IMG/VR virus record: IMGVR_UViG_3300033412_000368
Coordinates: 1 to 48,669 of that record
Source: a virus
Taxonomy: Duplodnaviria; Caudoviricetes
Length of the DNA stretch: 48,669 nucleotides
Strand: one strand, 5' to 3'
How positions within the stretch are numbered: the stretch's first letter is position 1; the number at the start of each line of letters is the position of its first letter. This document shows, in pieces, positions 39,110-48,630 of this stretch. A model generated the notes under the pieces. The model saw only the letters and a program-made list of their open reading frames with translations. It was not told where the DNA came from and did no database searches. The position numbers and the translations under genes are program-made.

Positions 39110-39703
39110 TTATATATCAGTTAGATTAGAAGCACTGTCATTAACTTCAGTACTAAGATTCATTTGTACTAACCACTTAGCATAATCACCAACCGCATTC
39201 TGTGATCCATTATCTAATCTGGCAATACGGCAAGAACTTCCTGAGCCGATAGTTGAAGAATCAAGTTGTAATTTAGATAAACCAGTCTGAGCATCACCAT
39301 CTAAATTAGTTATCGGGTCAATATAATCATCAACTGCCGCGACTGTCAAAGCTCCACCAACACTATCTTCTTGTATTCTATATAAAACCGAAGGGTCATC
39401 TTCAACCATCAAATATCCAGTATCAGTCGCTTCATAGCACAACTTATGTAAATTTGATGGAGTTACCTCAAAACCAACAACTACACCAGTACAGGCAGAA
39501 GCGGCAGAAGTTGCTTTAATTATTTCAGGGAAACCATTAGGATCAGTACAAGTAGTTATTACTACTCGGTCACCTTTACAAATACGAGTATTAGCGGCAG
39601 TTCCTTTATAATATCGATTTCCTTTACCAACATAACGATTTCCGTTAGCATGACATACGGGTTGAAAACCCATAGGTGCATTAACGTTTCCTACATCAGC
39701 CAT
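39110..39703 (-). CDS. Capsid-associated protein
   Basis: N.NAP.GF.PV, GD.V, DDP..LY.IQ pattern, immediately upstream of the major capsid gene. Confidence 0.6.
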   Translation of the reverse strand: MADVGNVNAPMGFQPVCHANGNRYVGKGNRYYKGTAANTRICKGDRVVITTCTDPNGFPEIIKATSAASACTGVVVGFEVTPSNLHKLCYEATDTGYLMVEDDPSVLYRIQEDSVGGALTVAAVDDYIDPITNLDGDAQTGLSKLQLDSSTIGSGSSCRIARLDNGSQNAVGDYAKWLVQMNLSTEVNDSASNLTDI

Positions 39704-39714
39704 TATTTAAAACC

Positions 39715-40203
39715 TCATTTATTATTAAATTTATTTTGTTTAAAATCTAAATCACCAGAATAATAAATATCAGGATTAGATTTTACTATATTTTTAGGAT
39801 TCCAATCAGCAGCACGTTCATCATTTAATTTAGCTTTAGCCTGTTGATCTTCATAATAATCCTCTTTTCTTATTTTCATCCAAATTGCTGTAGCAGAACT
39901 TGCGCCAGGACGTCGATTTACAACTTCTCTAATAACAGTTCCTAAAGCATGATCATGTTGGACTCTTTGATCTCTAAGACTAATATCTTTCTCATTACAA
40001 GGGATATATCCAGCTCTTAAAAATCTTTCTACTTCTCCTGGTTTTTCTAGAACCTGATAAGGGATCCAACCTTCTTCAACTTGTATTCCTAAAGCATTTT
40101 GTTTATATAAGGGGGTTCTTCTTCCCATCTCTTTTTTAACAATCTCAACCTTTGATTTTTCTTCAGTTTGATCTTTCAAATTTATTTTCTGCTCTTCTTT
40201 CAT
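39715..40203 (-). CDS. Hypothetical head-module protein
   Basis: ORF translationally coupled within the head operon. Confidence 0.6.
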   Translation of the reverse strand: MKEEQKINLKDQTEEKSKVEIVKKEMGRRTPLYKQNALGIQVEEGWIPYQVLEKPGEVERFLRAGYIPCNEKDISLRDQRVQHDHALGTVIREVVNRRPGASSATAIWMKIRKEDYYEDQQAKAKLNDERAADWNPKNIVKSNPDIYYSGDLDFKQNKFNNK

Positions 40204-40949
40204 TATCTATTATCCAATTCCATTAACTTTTTAATATAATCATCAATTGAAATCCCACGAGTCTTCAGTAAATTTCTCGCACAATTTTTTTGATATTCAT
40301 CCAAATCATCAAAGGTGATTTTCTTCTTATGTGATGATTTAATCGCGCTTTGTTGTTTTCCCTCGACCGCATTAATAATTGGATCAGGATCCACTTTAAA
40401 ATAATCTGGATACTTACCTTTCATGAACTCTTCCAATTTTTCAAAATGTTTATCAGGGGGTAATCTCTCTTCAATTAACTCTTTATCTCGTGATTTACAA
40501 ACCAATTGCATTTCTTGATCACGATAAGAAGTACCATTAAACCAAGCTTGATGTTTCATAATGAATGCGTCTGCATGTTCCTTCACACTTGGATCAAGTA
40601 ACTGTCTTGTTTGATCTTCTATTTGTTTGACTCTTTCTACATCTGCCAATTCAATGGCTTCAATTCTTTTTGCTTCTAATTCTGCCTTTGCACGAGCATA
40701 AATATCTTGCTCTTGTCTGGCTAATTTATCTTTTAACCGTTCTACAGTCTGAAAAAGACTGTCTAATTTTTTATTCTTAACTTTAAATCCATTATCAATC
40801 CACTCTTCAGCTGATAATTCACCATCCGGTTTCCATCCATGCTCCAACATCTTTTTTTCAAAAGAAGATAAATTAGTGATATTATTTGATGATTCCTCTA
40901 ATTGAGCTGATGACTTTTCTTTCACCTCTAATTTATTTTCATTAGTCAT
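40203..40949 (-). CDS. Putative scaffolding protein
   Basis: Charged coiled coil with GWKP...AEEW and a C-terminal F.DL......Y.K; between portal and capsid genes. Confidence 0.65.
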   Translation of the reverse strand: MTNENKLEVKEKSSAQLEESSNNITNLSSFEKKMLEHGWKPDGELSAEEWIDNGFKVKNKKLDSLFQTVERLKDKLARQEQDIYARAKAELEAKRIEAIELADVERVKQIEDQTRQLLDPSVKEHADAFIMKHQAWFNGTSYRDQEMQLVCKSRDKELIEERLPPDKHFEKLEEFMKGKYPDYFKVDPDPIINAVEGKQQSAIKSSHKKKITFDDLDEYQKNCARNLLKTRGISIDDYIKKLMELDNR

Positions 40950-41320
40950 TATTCATCCTCCCAATGAACATAAACATCATGGTCAGAGATAACTCTATAA
41001 ATTTCTCCGTCCCCTATATCTGGAAGGGCTTCACCAGACCATCTACATATAGTAACTAAATCTCCAATTTCTACCCAATTATCACCACTTCCTAGACTTT
41101 TATAAGCATCTTTCCCAATTTGAACAACTCGTGCTTCTTGAGTTCCTAATTTAAGATTCTCAATTTGATCTTTAGTCAAGGATTGAATAACAAATCCGGT
41201 TTCCGAAACTTCATCATATTTACCAGTTTTAGAATTAAATTGATAATCTTTATCAATTAAATCTTTTTTTACCTTAACTAAGATTCGATCACCAAGTATA
41301 CGCGGTTTTCGTAATTTCAC
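40949..41320 (-). CDS. GroES-like co-chaperonin
   Basis: LGDRILVK, VVQIGKDAY, WVEIGDLV, YRVISD.D; GTG start at 41320. Confidence 0.75.
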   Translation of the reverse strand: MKLRKPRILGDRILVKVKKDLIDKDYQFNSKTGKYDEVSETGFVIQSLTKDQIENLKLGTQEARVVQIGKDAYKSLGSGDNWVEIGDLVTICRWSGEALPDIGDGEIYRVISDHDVYVHWEDE

Positions 41321-41588
41321 TCTTTTCTTCCTCTTCTTCAATAAACAACTTATCAAATGATAAATTTAAAAATTGGTCACACACTTCCATACTTCCTTTT
41401 ATATAGGCATATTTCTTTTCTAAATTTACATCATAAATAGGATCAAAGGATTTAATATCTTCTTCTAAAACCTTTTTATTTTCTTTAAAGATTAAATAAA
41501 TCTCAGTAGTTATTTTATTATTTAACCAATCTTTAAAATCTGATTCATCTAAATCAAACGATCGGGTTTTGTTTTTTCTCTTTTTCAT
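41289..41588 (-). CDS. Hypothetical protein
   Basis: Overlaps the end of the portal gene; F..W..N..T pattern. Confidence 0.6.
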   Translation of the reverse strand: MKKRKNKTRSFDLDESDFKDWLNNKITTEIYLIFKENKKVLEEDIKSFDPIYDVNLEKKYAYIKGSMEVCDQFLNLSFDKLFIEEEEEKSEITKTAYTW

Positions 41589-43614
41589 TCTTTATTTTCT
41601 CTAAGGCTACATCATGTTTCATAACATTATCAGCAGCTTTTATATTTAATTCTTTATCTTTTAATAAAGAATCAATCTTAGACTGAACTTGATTAAATTG
41701 CTCTTGAAGCTGTTTTAATTGTTCCTCTTGAGTCATTTTTGAACCAGTAATCATTATTTTTTGATCATTATGTGCCGCATCTTTCATCGTTTTCCATGAT
41801 CGCATTTGAGATTCATTCTTTTGAGTATCAATCCATTCCATATCCTTCTGTATCTTTGCGGCTTCTAATGGAGCATTTATTCCTTTTAATTGATTATTAA
41901 GAATTATCTCCTGTTTTTTAGCATCAGATAATCCCGCATCTGCTAATAATTTTACTGCCTCTGGAGGAGGAGGCTGATTTGGATCAGGTGGAGGTTGAAA
42001 TTTCTTTATTTGTTCTTGATCAAATTGAAGTGATTCAAGAATATATTTTTCAATTTCCCTACGATCCACAGTTTGAAGGCTCATTAAAATTGAACCTTTC
42101 CTTAATCTTTGATCCATTGTTGATAATTCAGGATCAGCAACAGGCTGTATATCATTTGAAGATAAATCAAAATCCTTTTTAACCGAAACACCCTCTTCAT
42201 CTAAAATATTCTGATATTCTTTATCACTTAAATAATAATAATTTAATTCATATAATTTTTTAAAACTTTTAGTTAAGGAATCATATAATCGATGATTAAT
42301 AGCTTTTAATACTTTTGAACCCTGTTCAATTAAACCTTCTAATGTCTGATTAGCCACATTATTGGGATTCATTGTTCCATTCATTGCTTCAGTTGAAGCA
42401 GTTAATTCTTTTCCAATATTTATTAATAATGTTAATAAAGATAAAAGAGTGCTACTAGGTTCACGAACAGGGAATGGAAATACATTCTGTTTTAGATCTA
42501 AACCGGATCCGGCATCTAATACTTTCCATTCAAAAGGTTTAAATCGTAATTCCCCCCCTTTTAAACGTAAACCTTTCCCTAAAAATCCTCCTTGAGTGAC
42601 ACTAATTGTCCCAGCGTCTAGTAATTGATTTATCAGAGAATTAATTGCCTTATTTAATGGTAATAATAATTGACCAAACCCCATTGAATAATATCCACCA
42701 TCGGGAGATCTAATGAAATGATAATCTTGAAAATAATTGATTGCTTCAATTTTTTGTATATCCCCATCACCATTTTTTTGAATAGATTTAGGCTTTATTC
42801 TATTAACAATTCTAAGTACCGTATTTGTTTCAGGATGAACAGTTACAACATATGGTTCTTTATAATTATCACCATCAAGATCTAACCAACAATGTTGTTC
42901 ATATAATTGGATTTCAAAATCATTATCTTCAGGATCGCAATCCTGTGGACGTAATAAATTTATATCGCAGTCACAATATTCCCCAGTTCTTTGATAACTT
43001 ATGATATCATTTATTGATAATCGAAGTATATGGGTTACTCTTCTTGCACTATCTAGTGATAAGGTCGTTTCGTGATTAATAATAATCTGATCAGGGGGAC
43101 ACAATTCAACACAATTCTTCTTATCTAAATTAGAATAATAAGTTTTAGTAAATACAGTTCCAACTACTGGTAATATATGTAATAATCTATCAATATGCTC
43201 CTTCCAATCAGATGAAGAAACACATTGATAGCTCATACACTTCTCAACTCTACACCCCCTTTTAAATTTTTCTCCTGTAACATCAACTCCAACAACATTC
43301 ATCCGAACAATATTATCATTTGGGACTATCTCAGGATAGGTCCTAGAAGCAAAATTTATAGCAGCTTCACATATTAACGGGTATTTAACATTGGCCGCAC
43401 CATCCCATGGAAAACTTTTGTTATTCATTATTTGTTTAGCAATATCCATTGATTCATCAATGGATTTTCTCCATGATTCAGAGGATTTATCATCAATTTC
43501 AACCCCACGAACTATAGATCTACCAATTTTTTGGAGTTCAATCTTTCCATTTTGTAAATCTGAAAAAAGATCCGCAACATTTTTACTTTTTCGTATTTTT
43601 TCTAAATCTAACAT
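41554..43614 (-). CDS. Portal protein
   Basis: Follows terminase; KSFPWDGAANVKYPLI, INQLLDAGT, C-terminal coiled-coil barrel. Confidence 0.85.
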   Translation of the reverse strand: MLDLEKIRKSKNVADLFSDLQNGKIELQKIGRSIVRGVEIDDKSSESWRKSIDESMDIAKQIMNNKSFPWDGAANVKYPLICEAAINFASRTYPEIVPNDNIVRMNVVGVDVTGEKFKRGCRVEKCMSYQCVSSSDWKEHIDRLLHILPVVGTVFTKTYYSNLDKKNCVELCPPDQIIINHETTLSLDSARRVTHILRLSINDIISYQRTGEYCDCDINLLRPQDCDPEDNDFEIQLYEQHCWLDLDGDNYKEPYVVTVHPETNTVLRIVNRIKPKSIQKNGDGDIQKIEAINYFQDYHFIRSPDGGYYSMGFGQLLLPLNKAINSLINQLLDAGTISVTQGGFLGKGLRLKGGELRFKPFEWKVLDAGSGLDLKQNVFPFPVREPSSTLLSLLTLLINIGKELTASTEAMNGTMNPNNVANQTLEGLIEQGSKVLKAINHRLYDSLTKSFKKLYELNYYYLSDKEYQNILDEEGVSVKKDFDLSSNDIQPVADPELSTMDQRLRKGSILMSLQTVDRREIEKYILESLQFDQEQIKKFQPPPDPNQPPPPEAVKLLADAGLSDAKKQEIILNNQLKGINAPLEAAKIQKDMEWIDTQKNESQMRSWKTMKDAAHNDQKIMITGSKMTQEEQLKQLQEQFNQVQSKIDSLLKDKELNIKAADNVMKHDVALEKIKNEKEKKQNPIV

Positions 43615-45101
43615 TAATATCCTGTAATATTGTCATGTTCATGGTTTCTCCCCATAAACTTACTATAATTATCCGGATCCGGTTCAAGAGATAATATATC
43701 GGGGCATGCCATCATTAAATACCTCCATGCATCCATTAAATGATCTTCTTGTTTTTCCGCTGGTTTACCTGACTTTTCATCACGACGGTACGTTCGAAAT
43801 TCATTTATCCAATTTGTTAAAGTATCAAATACTTTAATTCTCCCAGCAGCTAGTAATTGCTGTATTTTCATTATACCCGCTTCAACTGCTTTGTCAGCAA
43901 ATGTTAATTCTAATCCTTCATTAACATACTGATCATAAATACATCGTCCATCTAATTCATTGGATCTTAAAGAGGCCGTATCAATAACTCCTGGTATCCA
44001 ATTTCCCCGTGATTTAATAGCAGAGGAATGAATTGGTATAACACTGGTTCCTACTTCTGATAAATCTTTTCCCCTATAATATTCAGAGTATAAATAATAT
44101 ATCCCAGAATCCGGATCTAATGCAGCCCAAATAGCCGCGGTTCTTTCCCATCCAACATCTAATCCATAAGCTTTTGGCCAATAAAATGGAATCTCACGAG
44201 GTCTTATTAAAATATCATCTTCCGAATAAGGATAAATAACACCAGCGCCTAAATGAGGTAAACCTTTAGTTCTAGCATCCCGCAAGTGTGGAGAAATAGA
44301 ATGCATTAATTCAGATTTTTGTTCTTCACTTAAATGTGGTGCTTCATCCCAAGAAATCTGTATAGCCCATTTGGCAGGATCATCAGGATTTATCCCATCA
44401 TCAGTGAATCTTCCACCTTTTAAAAAACTAAGAACCATTTCAGATAGGCCAAAAAGGGGGGTAAATGTCATATAAATGATACCAGGTTTAATATCATCCA
44501 TTGTACGCATTAAACATTCTTCATAAATCCCGTAATCACGTGGTTCTTCATCCATCCAAATTACATCTTTAGCAGTACCCTGAAAATCATCTCTCCCTTG
44601 TTCATATACCTTAAAAGTACATTCAGAAATTAATCCTGAAATGTGTCTTACATAAACAGTTTCATAACAATTAGCTATACCAACCCTCCGAGTTGTATTA
44701 ACAATTAAATGTTTAGGTATTAGTCCCGATCCAGGATCATTAAAATCCCCCATAAGACATAATTGTTGTACTTCTTTAGAAACCTGATAAGACTTACTGA
44801 CTGCCCATGATTTTATAGGATTTAGAAATTTTCTCCCCTTCCAATCATCTGGATATAAACCGGTTAAATGATACGTTAATTCACATCCACCAGTTAATGT
44901 TTTTCCTGTTCTATTTCCACCACAAAGTAATCTTTGTTTATGTTTAGATCCAGCTTCAAAGAATCTTAAATGTTTTGGATATAAATCTTTTCTATATTTC
45001 CCTTCACTAGGGAATAACATATTTAATTTATTATATTTTATCTTTTTTTCAAAAGTTTCTAATAATTTAAGATGTTCTATTTGTTCTTGTTTATTTTTCA
45101 T
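43614..45101 (-). CDS. terL: Terminase large subunit
   Basis: GGNRTGKT, YEQGR..FQG, WMDEEP, TFTPL.G, nuclease LDVGW and DHLMDAWRY; P22 gp2-like. Confidence 0.93.
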   Translation of the reverse strand: MKNKQEQIEHLKLLETFEKKIKYNKLNMLFPSEGKYRKDLYPKHLRFFEAGSKHKQRLLCGGNRTGKTLTGGCELTYHLTGLYPDDWKGRKFLNPIKSWAVSKSYQVSKEVQQLCLMGDFNDPGSGLIPKHLIVNTTRRVGIANCYETVYVRHISGLISECTFKVYEQGRDDFQGTAKDVIWMDEEPRDYGIYEECLMRTMDDIKPGIIYMTFTPLFGLSEMVLSFLKGGRFTDDGINPDDPAKWAIQISWDEAPHLSEEQKSELMHSISPHLRDARTKGLPHLGAGVIYPYSEDDILIRPREIPFYWPKAYGLDVGWERTAAIWAALDPDSGIYYLYSEYYRGKDLSEVGTSVIPIHSSAIKSRGNWIPGVIDTASLRSNELDGRCIYDQYVNEGLELTFADKAVEAGIMKIQQLLAAGRIKVFDTLTNWINEFRTYRRDEKSGKPAEKQEDHLMDAWRYLMMACPDILSLEPDPDNYSKFMGRNHEHDNITGY

Positions 45102-45579
45102 CTTCTAATAATAAAGGATCTTGATTGATTATCATACCTGATTTTCGTAAAACTTCAGAGGATCTGGCAATTCTATATTTTAGTTCTTCTAAAGAGAGAT
45201 TATCAAAAACTAAATTATTATTAATTGTAGTATTCCCATTATTATCTTGTGGAGGTTTATATTCCTCTCTATATTTTGCATTAAATAGTAAGGCAAAAGC
45301 GGTAGCATTACCTTTTGTTTTTCCAGTAGCAAAATCCATAACAGCTTTTTCATCGTTAGCTTGTGATATTATTTGTGATTGCTGCCATGCATCTTCAAAT
45401 TCAGGATATTCTTTTCTCCACCTCGCAAATGTATCTGGAGAAATGGGTCGTTTACTTCCTAATCTTTTTCCTAGTTCCCAAAGCATCGCTGATTGATACT
45501 GTCCAGGGATTGAAGCAACTTCACAAATACAATCACACATCCAATCAGAATATTTTGTTTTTGGACCAGTTTTAGCCAT
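45091..45579 (-). CDS. terS: Terminase small subunit
   Basis: G.KTKY, TF.RW...YPEF..A; directly upstream of terL. Confidence 0.75.
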   Translation of the reverse strand: MAKTGPKTKYSDWMCDCICEVASIPGQYQSAMLWELGKRLGSKRPISPDTFARWRKEYPEFEDAWQQSQIISQANDEKAVMDFATGKTKGNATAFALLFNAKYREEYKPPQDNNGNTTINNNLVFDNLSLEELKYRIARSSEVLRKSGMIINQDPLLLEDEK

Positions 45580-45582
45580 AAT

Positions 45583-45855
45583 TTATAATTTTTCTAATTT
45601 TTTTAAAACTTCATCTACTTTTTGATCTAATGTATCTAAAACATCAGACATTTTATGATCTAAGCGATTTACAGTATCTTCTAAATAATCAATTCTTATA
45701 GAATGTTTATTAGAGTTTATTTTTAATTTACTGAGTGATATATCTGATTTCTCAATTTTATTAGATAAATTTTTATAGTGCCATCCTAGAAGATATGTAA
45801 TGGGGGCAATTAAAGCTAATAATATATTTTTAACTGTGAAATAGTCATTATCCAT
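45583..45855 (-). CDS. Small membrane-anchored coiled-coil protein
   Basis: N-terminal TM segment followed by heptad repeats. Confidence 0.6.
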   Translation of the reverse strand: MDNDYFTVKNILLALIAPITYLLGWHYKNLSNKIEKSDISLSKLKINSNKHSIRIDYLEDTVNRLDHKMSDVLDTLDQKVDEVLKKLEKL

Positions 45856-45883
45856 ATTTTCTTCTTATTATTTTAAAATCTAT

Positions 45884-46227
45884 GAGGAGATTCTATCTCC
45901 TCCGATCCCTATTACTACCGACCTTTCTCCAGGGAAACTAGTACAATTCTAATTGTAGTATACTCCCATTTCCACAGTACAATCATGGGTCTTATCTTAG
46001 ACGATAGAGATGTCCGATAAATGTAGACACATTTCAGGATAAGATGAATTCAATCTTAATTCCTTTACTCCTAGTCCTTCTCTATATATTATAGGCCTTT
46101 CGGAGATATTAACTCTGATAAGTGAGATCAGTTCTGCTTAGTCGTTGCAGCGGGCACCATCCCTAGTTAATTACCTTACGGCAAGTTTAGGACAACTTCC
46201 CCGTTATTCAGTCATTCTGTGTCTACA
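45884..46227 (-). ncRNA. Candidate structured ncRNA A (~345 nt)
   Basis: Starts just downstream of a promoter; 10-bp long-range stem 46218-46227/46022-46031; GNRA hairpin; terminal 8-bp hairpin 45884-45902; no ORF. Confidence 0.55.
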
Positions 46228-46232
46228 GTATT

Positions 46233-46261
46233 ATTGTAGACTATATAATCTAAATTGTCAA
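46233..46261 (-). promoter_or_regulatory. Sigma70 promoter
   Basis: TTGACA-17 nt-TACAAT. Confidence 0.75.
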
Positions 46262-46530
46262 GCAATATTTAATAAATTCTCTACAAAATTATCAATTTTA
46301 CAAATATTATTTTCATAATTAATTAATTCAATTTCTATTTTATGAGGATTTATTTTTAATTCCTCTAGAAAATTGATTAAAATCATATTAACATTTAATA
46401 TATTATCCATTTCATAAATCTTAAAATAACAATCATTATTATTGGAATAATAAAATCCATAAAATAATAAAAATTCATGTAACTTAATTGAAAGATTATT
46501 GGTAAATAATGATACCTTGATATTATTCAT
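46258..46530 (-). CDS. Hypothetical protein
   Basis: 90-aa very AT-rich ORF with a weak RBS. Confidence 0.4.
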   Translation of the reverse strand: MNNIKVSLFTNNLSIKLHEFLLFYGFYYSNNNDCYFKIYEMDNILNVNMILINFLEELKINPHKIEIELINYENNICKIDNFVENLLNIA

Positions 46531-46583
46531 TTGACTTCTCTAATTGTTTAGCAAAAATTATTCCCACAAAACCCTCTCTAATC

Positions 46584-47096
46584 TTAATTTCCATCTCTTT
46601 GCTTAAGAGCTTCTTCTAAAACATCAACTTGATCTTGAGTCATCCCAGATTTAAATATTTTCTGACGTAAAACAGAGAAAAATCTTTCATCGTTAGCGGG
46701 GCCGTATTTAGCCTGAGAATATGCACTCATTGTTTCTTTACCTAAATAACCACCTAATCCAACTGTCACCAGTGTCCAAAGCTCAGGAGGAACTGGGACA
46801 GATTCAATAGGTAATCCAAATGGTTTTAAAAAAGCATTCAAGAGAGATACTATGATCCAATTGTACCCTACTATAGCTATACATATCATCATTAAATATG
46901 AACGCCATTGAGAAGCAAAACCCCCATTGTTCATTTCTGTAGTTATAACATCTTTTTGAGCTTCTATTACTTTAGATGAAGCTTCATTAAGCGCTTTCTG
47001 TAATTCTAATTTAGCTTGATCTTGTTCTGCTTTATCAGGGAATATTTTTTCAATTAATTTACTGAATACTGGTATTAATGCTAATAATGCACCCAT
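46584..47096 (-). CDS. Holin-like protein (3TM, GTA-holin-like)
   Basis: LIEKIFPDK......K.EL, WR..L, LW.L...GLGGY; TM segments. Confidence 0.7.
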   Translation of the reverse strand: MGALLALIPVFSKLIEKIFPDKAEQDQAKLELQKALNEASSKVIEAQKDVITTEMNNGGFASQWRSYLMMICIAIVGYNWIIVSLLNAFLKPFGLPIESVPVPPELWTLVTVGLGGYLGKETMSAYSQAKYGPANDERFFSVLRQKIFKSGMTQDQVDVLEEALKQRDGN

Positions 47097-47131
47097 TTAA
47101 ATCTCTCTCTATTTAATATCTTTATAAAAAG

Positions 47132-47160
47132 ATTATATCAATTACTATCAACAGTGTCAA
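47132..47160 (-). promoter_or_regulatory. Consensus sigma70 promoter of the holin-like gene
   Basis: TTGACA-17 nt-TATAAT with an extended TG. Confidence 0.8.
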
Positions 47161-47177
47161 TATATTTAAGCAATATT

Positions 47178-47683
47178 GTATCAAGAGACGGGATACGAGC
47201 CTCTAGCTTGTTTAGATTGTTAATGTTTATTATTATTTACTTTATACTGTTTAATGTATATTGATATTAACAATCTAGTAGGGATTATAGCAATCAACTA
47301 CTACTTAATAAAAGTAAAACATTAGATAACTTATCAGTGCACTTTCCATCCATAGTTAGCATTAGTGCCAGATGCCGCCTCAGTTAAACTGAATTAACTC
47401 GTATATCCACTGTTTGAACTGTTAAATTAAGCATAACAGTTAACTGCGTCTCTAAACAGCTTACCTAATGAGTTTCTGTAATTCTGTAATTACCCCTTTC
47501 GGGGACGGTAGCTTACAGTGCTACCGGGCTATTTTATTGTTGATTTCTCGATTGAGGAGCTTACTCTCAATACTACAATAGGTCTTAAATAGCCAACCTT
47601 TACTATTTCCGATTATTATTTAGAGACGTTAAGGATATTCAGCAAATCATTCGTCTTCCTTCATTGAGAAAGCAAGTTTTCTT
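47178..47683 (-). ncRNA. Candidate structured ncRNA B (~500 nt)
   Basis: TGATATAAT at 47690-47698; several nested stems; CCCC-GAAA-GGGG hairpin; no ORF. Confidence 0.55.
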
Positions 47684-47714
47684 AAATCTATTATATCAGA
47701 AATCTTTTTGAATT

Positions 47715-47739
47715 AAAAGAGGGGTACGAATGACCCCTC
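47715..47739 (-). terminator. Intrinsic terminator
   Basis: GAGGGGT-7 nt-ACCCCTC-TTTT on the - strand. Confidence 0.7.
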
Positions 47740-47826
47740 AAGGCTTTGGGATAAGAACCCTCCTTCATTATCCACTTATTCCCACTAACTTCGTTTTTAT
47801 AATTATTTTGAGTTAGTTCATCCAAC
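47715..47826 (-). ncRNA. Candidate sRNA C (~110 nt)
   Basis: Bounded by a consensus promoter and a terminator; two internal stems; no plausible ORF. Confidence 0.55.
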
Positions 47827-47832
47827 ATTTGT

Positions 47833-47861
47833 ATTATAGACTATATGTTTTTATTTGTCAA
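47833..47861 (-). promoter_or_regulatory. Consensus sigma70 promoter
   Basis: TTGACA-17 nt-TATAAT; shares ATATAGTCTA(T/C)AAT with the promoter at 46233-46261. Confidence 0.8.
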
Positions 47862-48443
47862 GTATTTCATTAAAATTTTTTATTTATATAAATATTACTG
47901 TTGTGGCAGTATATTAAATAACTTTTATTTGTTTATTTAATACTTTTATTATTATTCAATAATAATTTCTATTATAGCAGTAAATTTTTATAAATATCAC
48001 TGCGAGGGTTGCGGCTGTCCATAAAGACAAAGAGCCTCCCGAGCGCAACTAAATAATTAAATTATATCATATATTTATATTTTGGCTCAGATATATAAGT
48101 AGTTACATACCCACTCCCACTATACCCGTTTATAAAATAGGGTCATGGGGCTTAAATAATTTGGACTTAATACCCCTTAGTATAGTATCTAGTCTTTTTC
48201 ATTAGTTATTTCTAAATCCTATAAGCCTAGAAGCAACGATCATTATATAGGTAATACCATAGTAGTGGGTTAAATATGATCGTTTAATACTGATAAACCA
48301 TGGAGCTATTAGATCATAATAAAACTTGGTGCGTTATAACCATGTAATAGATATGGAGTTGGGTACATGAATCCAACTTAATAATAACATCCGAAAATAG
48401 ATTATGATCTTAACAACATATATTTTATATATTACGATATTAA

Positions 48444-48472
48444 TTGACACAATAATAATTATCATATATAGT
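48444..48472 (+). promoter_or_regulatory. Sigma70 promoter pointing across the window end toward the early genes
   Basis: TTGACA-17 nt-TATAGT. Confidence 0.65.
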
Positions 48473-48630
48473 AATTATATTAAATGATAAATATTTATAA
48501 ATATTTCAAAGAATTATGGCTATAGAACTTGCATTCCATTTTATACGAGACTATATTCCATATTAGACGATGCTAAAACATAAGCAGTCTATTTAATAAA
48601 TATGTATTAAAAACTATTAAGGGGTCTTAT

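Noticed and set aside
21736-45575. Alternative-frame or antisense ORFs at 21736(-), 23322, 27013, 27280, 27707, 28093, 29845, 33001, 36789, 41979, 42362, 43391, 45125 and 45363
   Set aside because: They are shadows of longer coherent genes.
46130-46215. Group I intron-like strings (AACGGGGAA, GCAACGACUA) in RNA A
   Set aside because: There is no downstream UAGUC partner for P7 (the nearby TAGTC is in the promoter spacer) and no interrupted gene. Kept as an unclassified RNA.
45860-48630. tRNA or tmRNA in the non-coding right end
   Set aside because: I found no cloverleaf, T-loop GTTCGA or CCA acceptor end by eye. tRNAscan-SE or ARAGORN would settle it.
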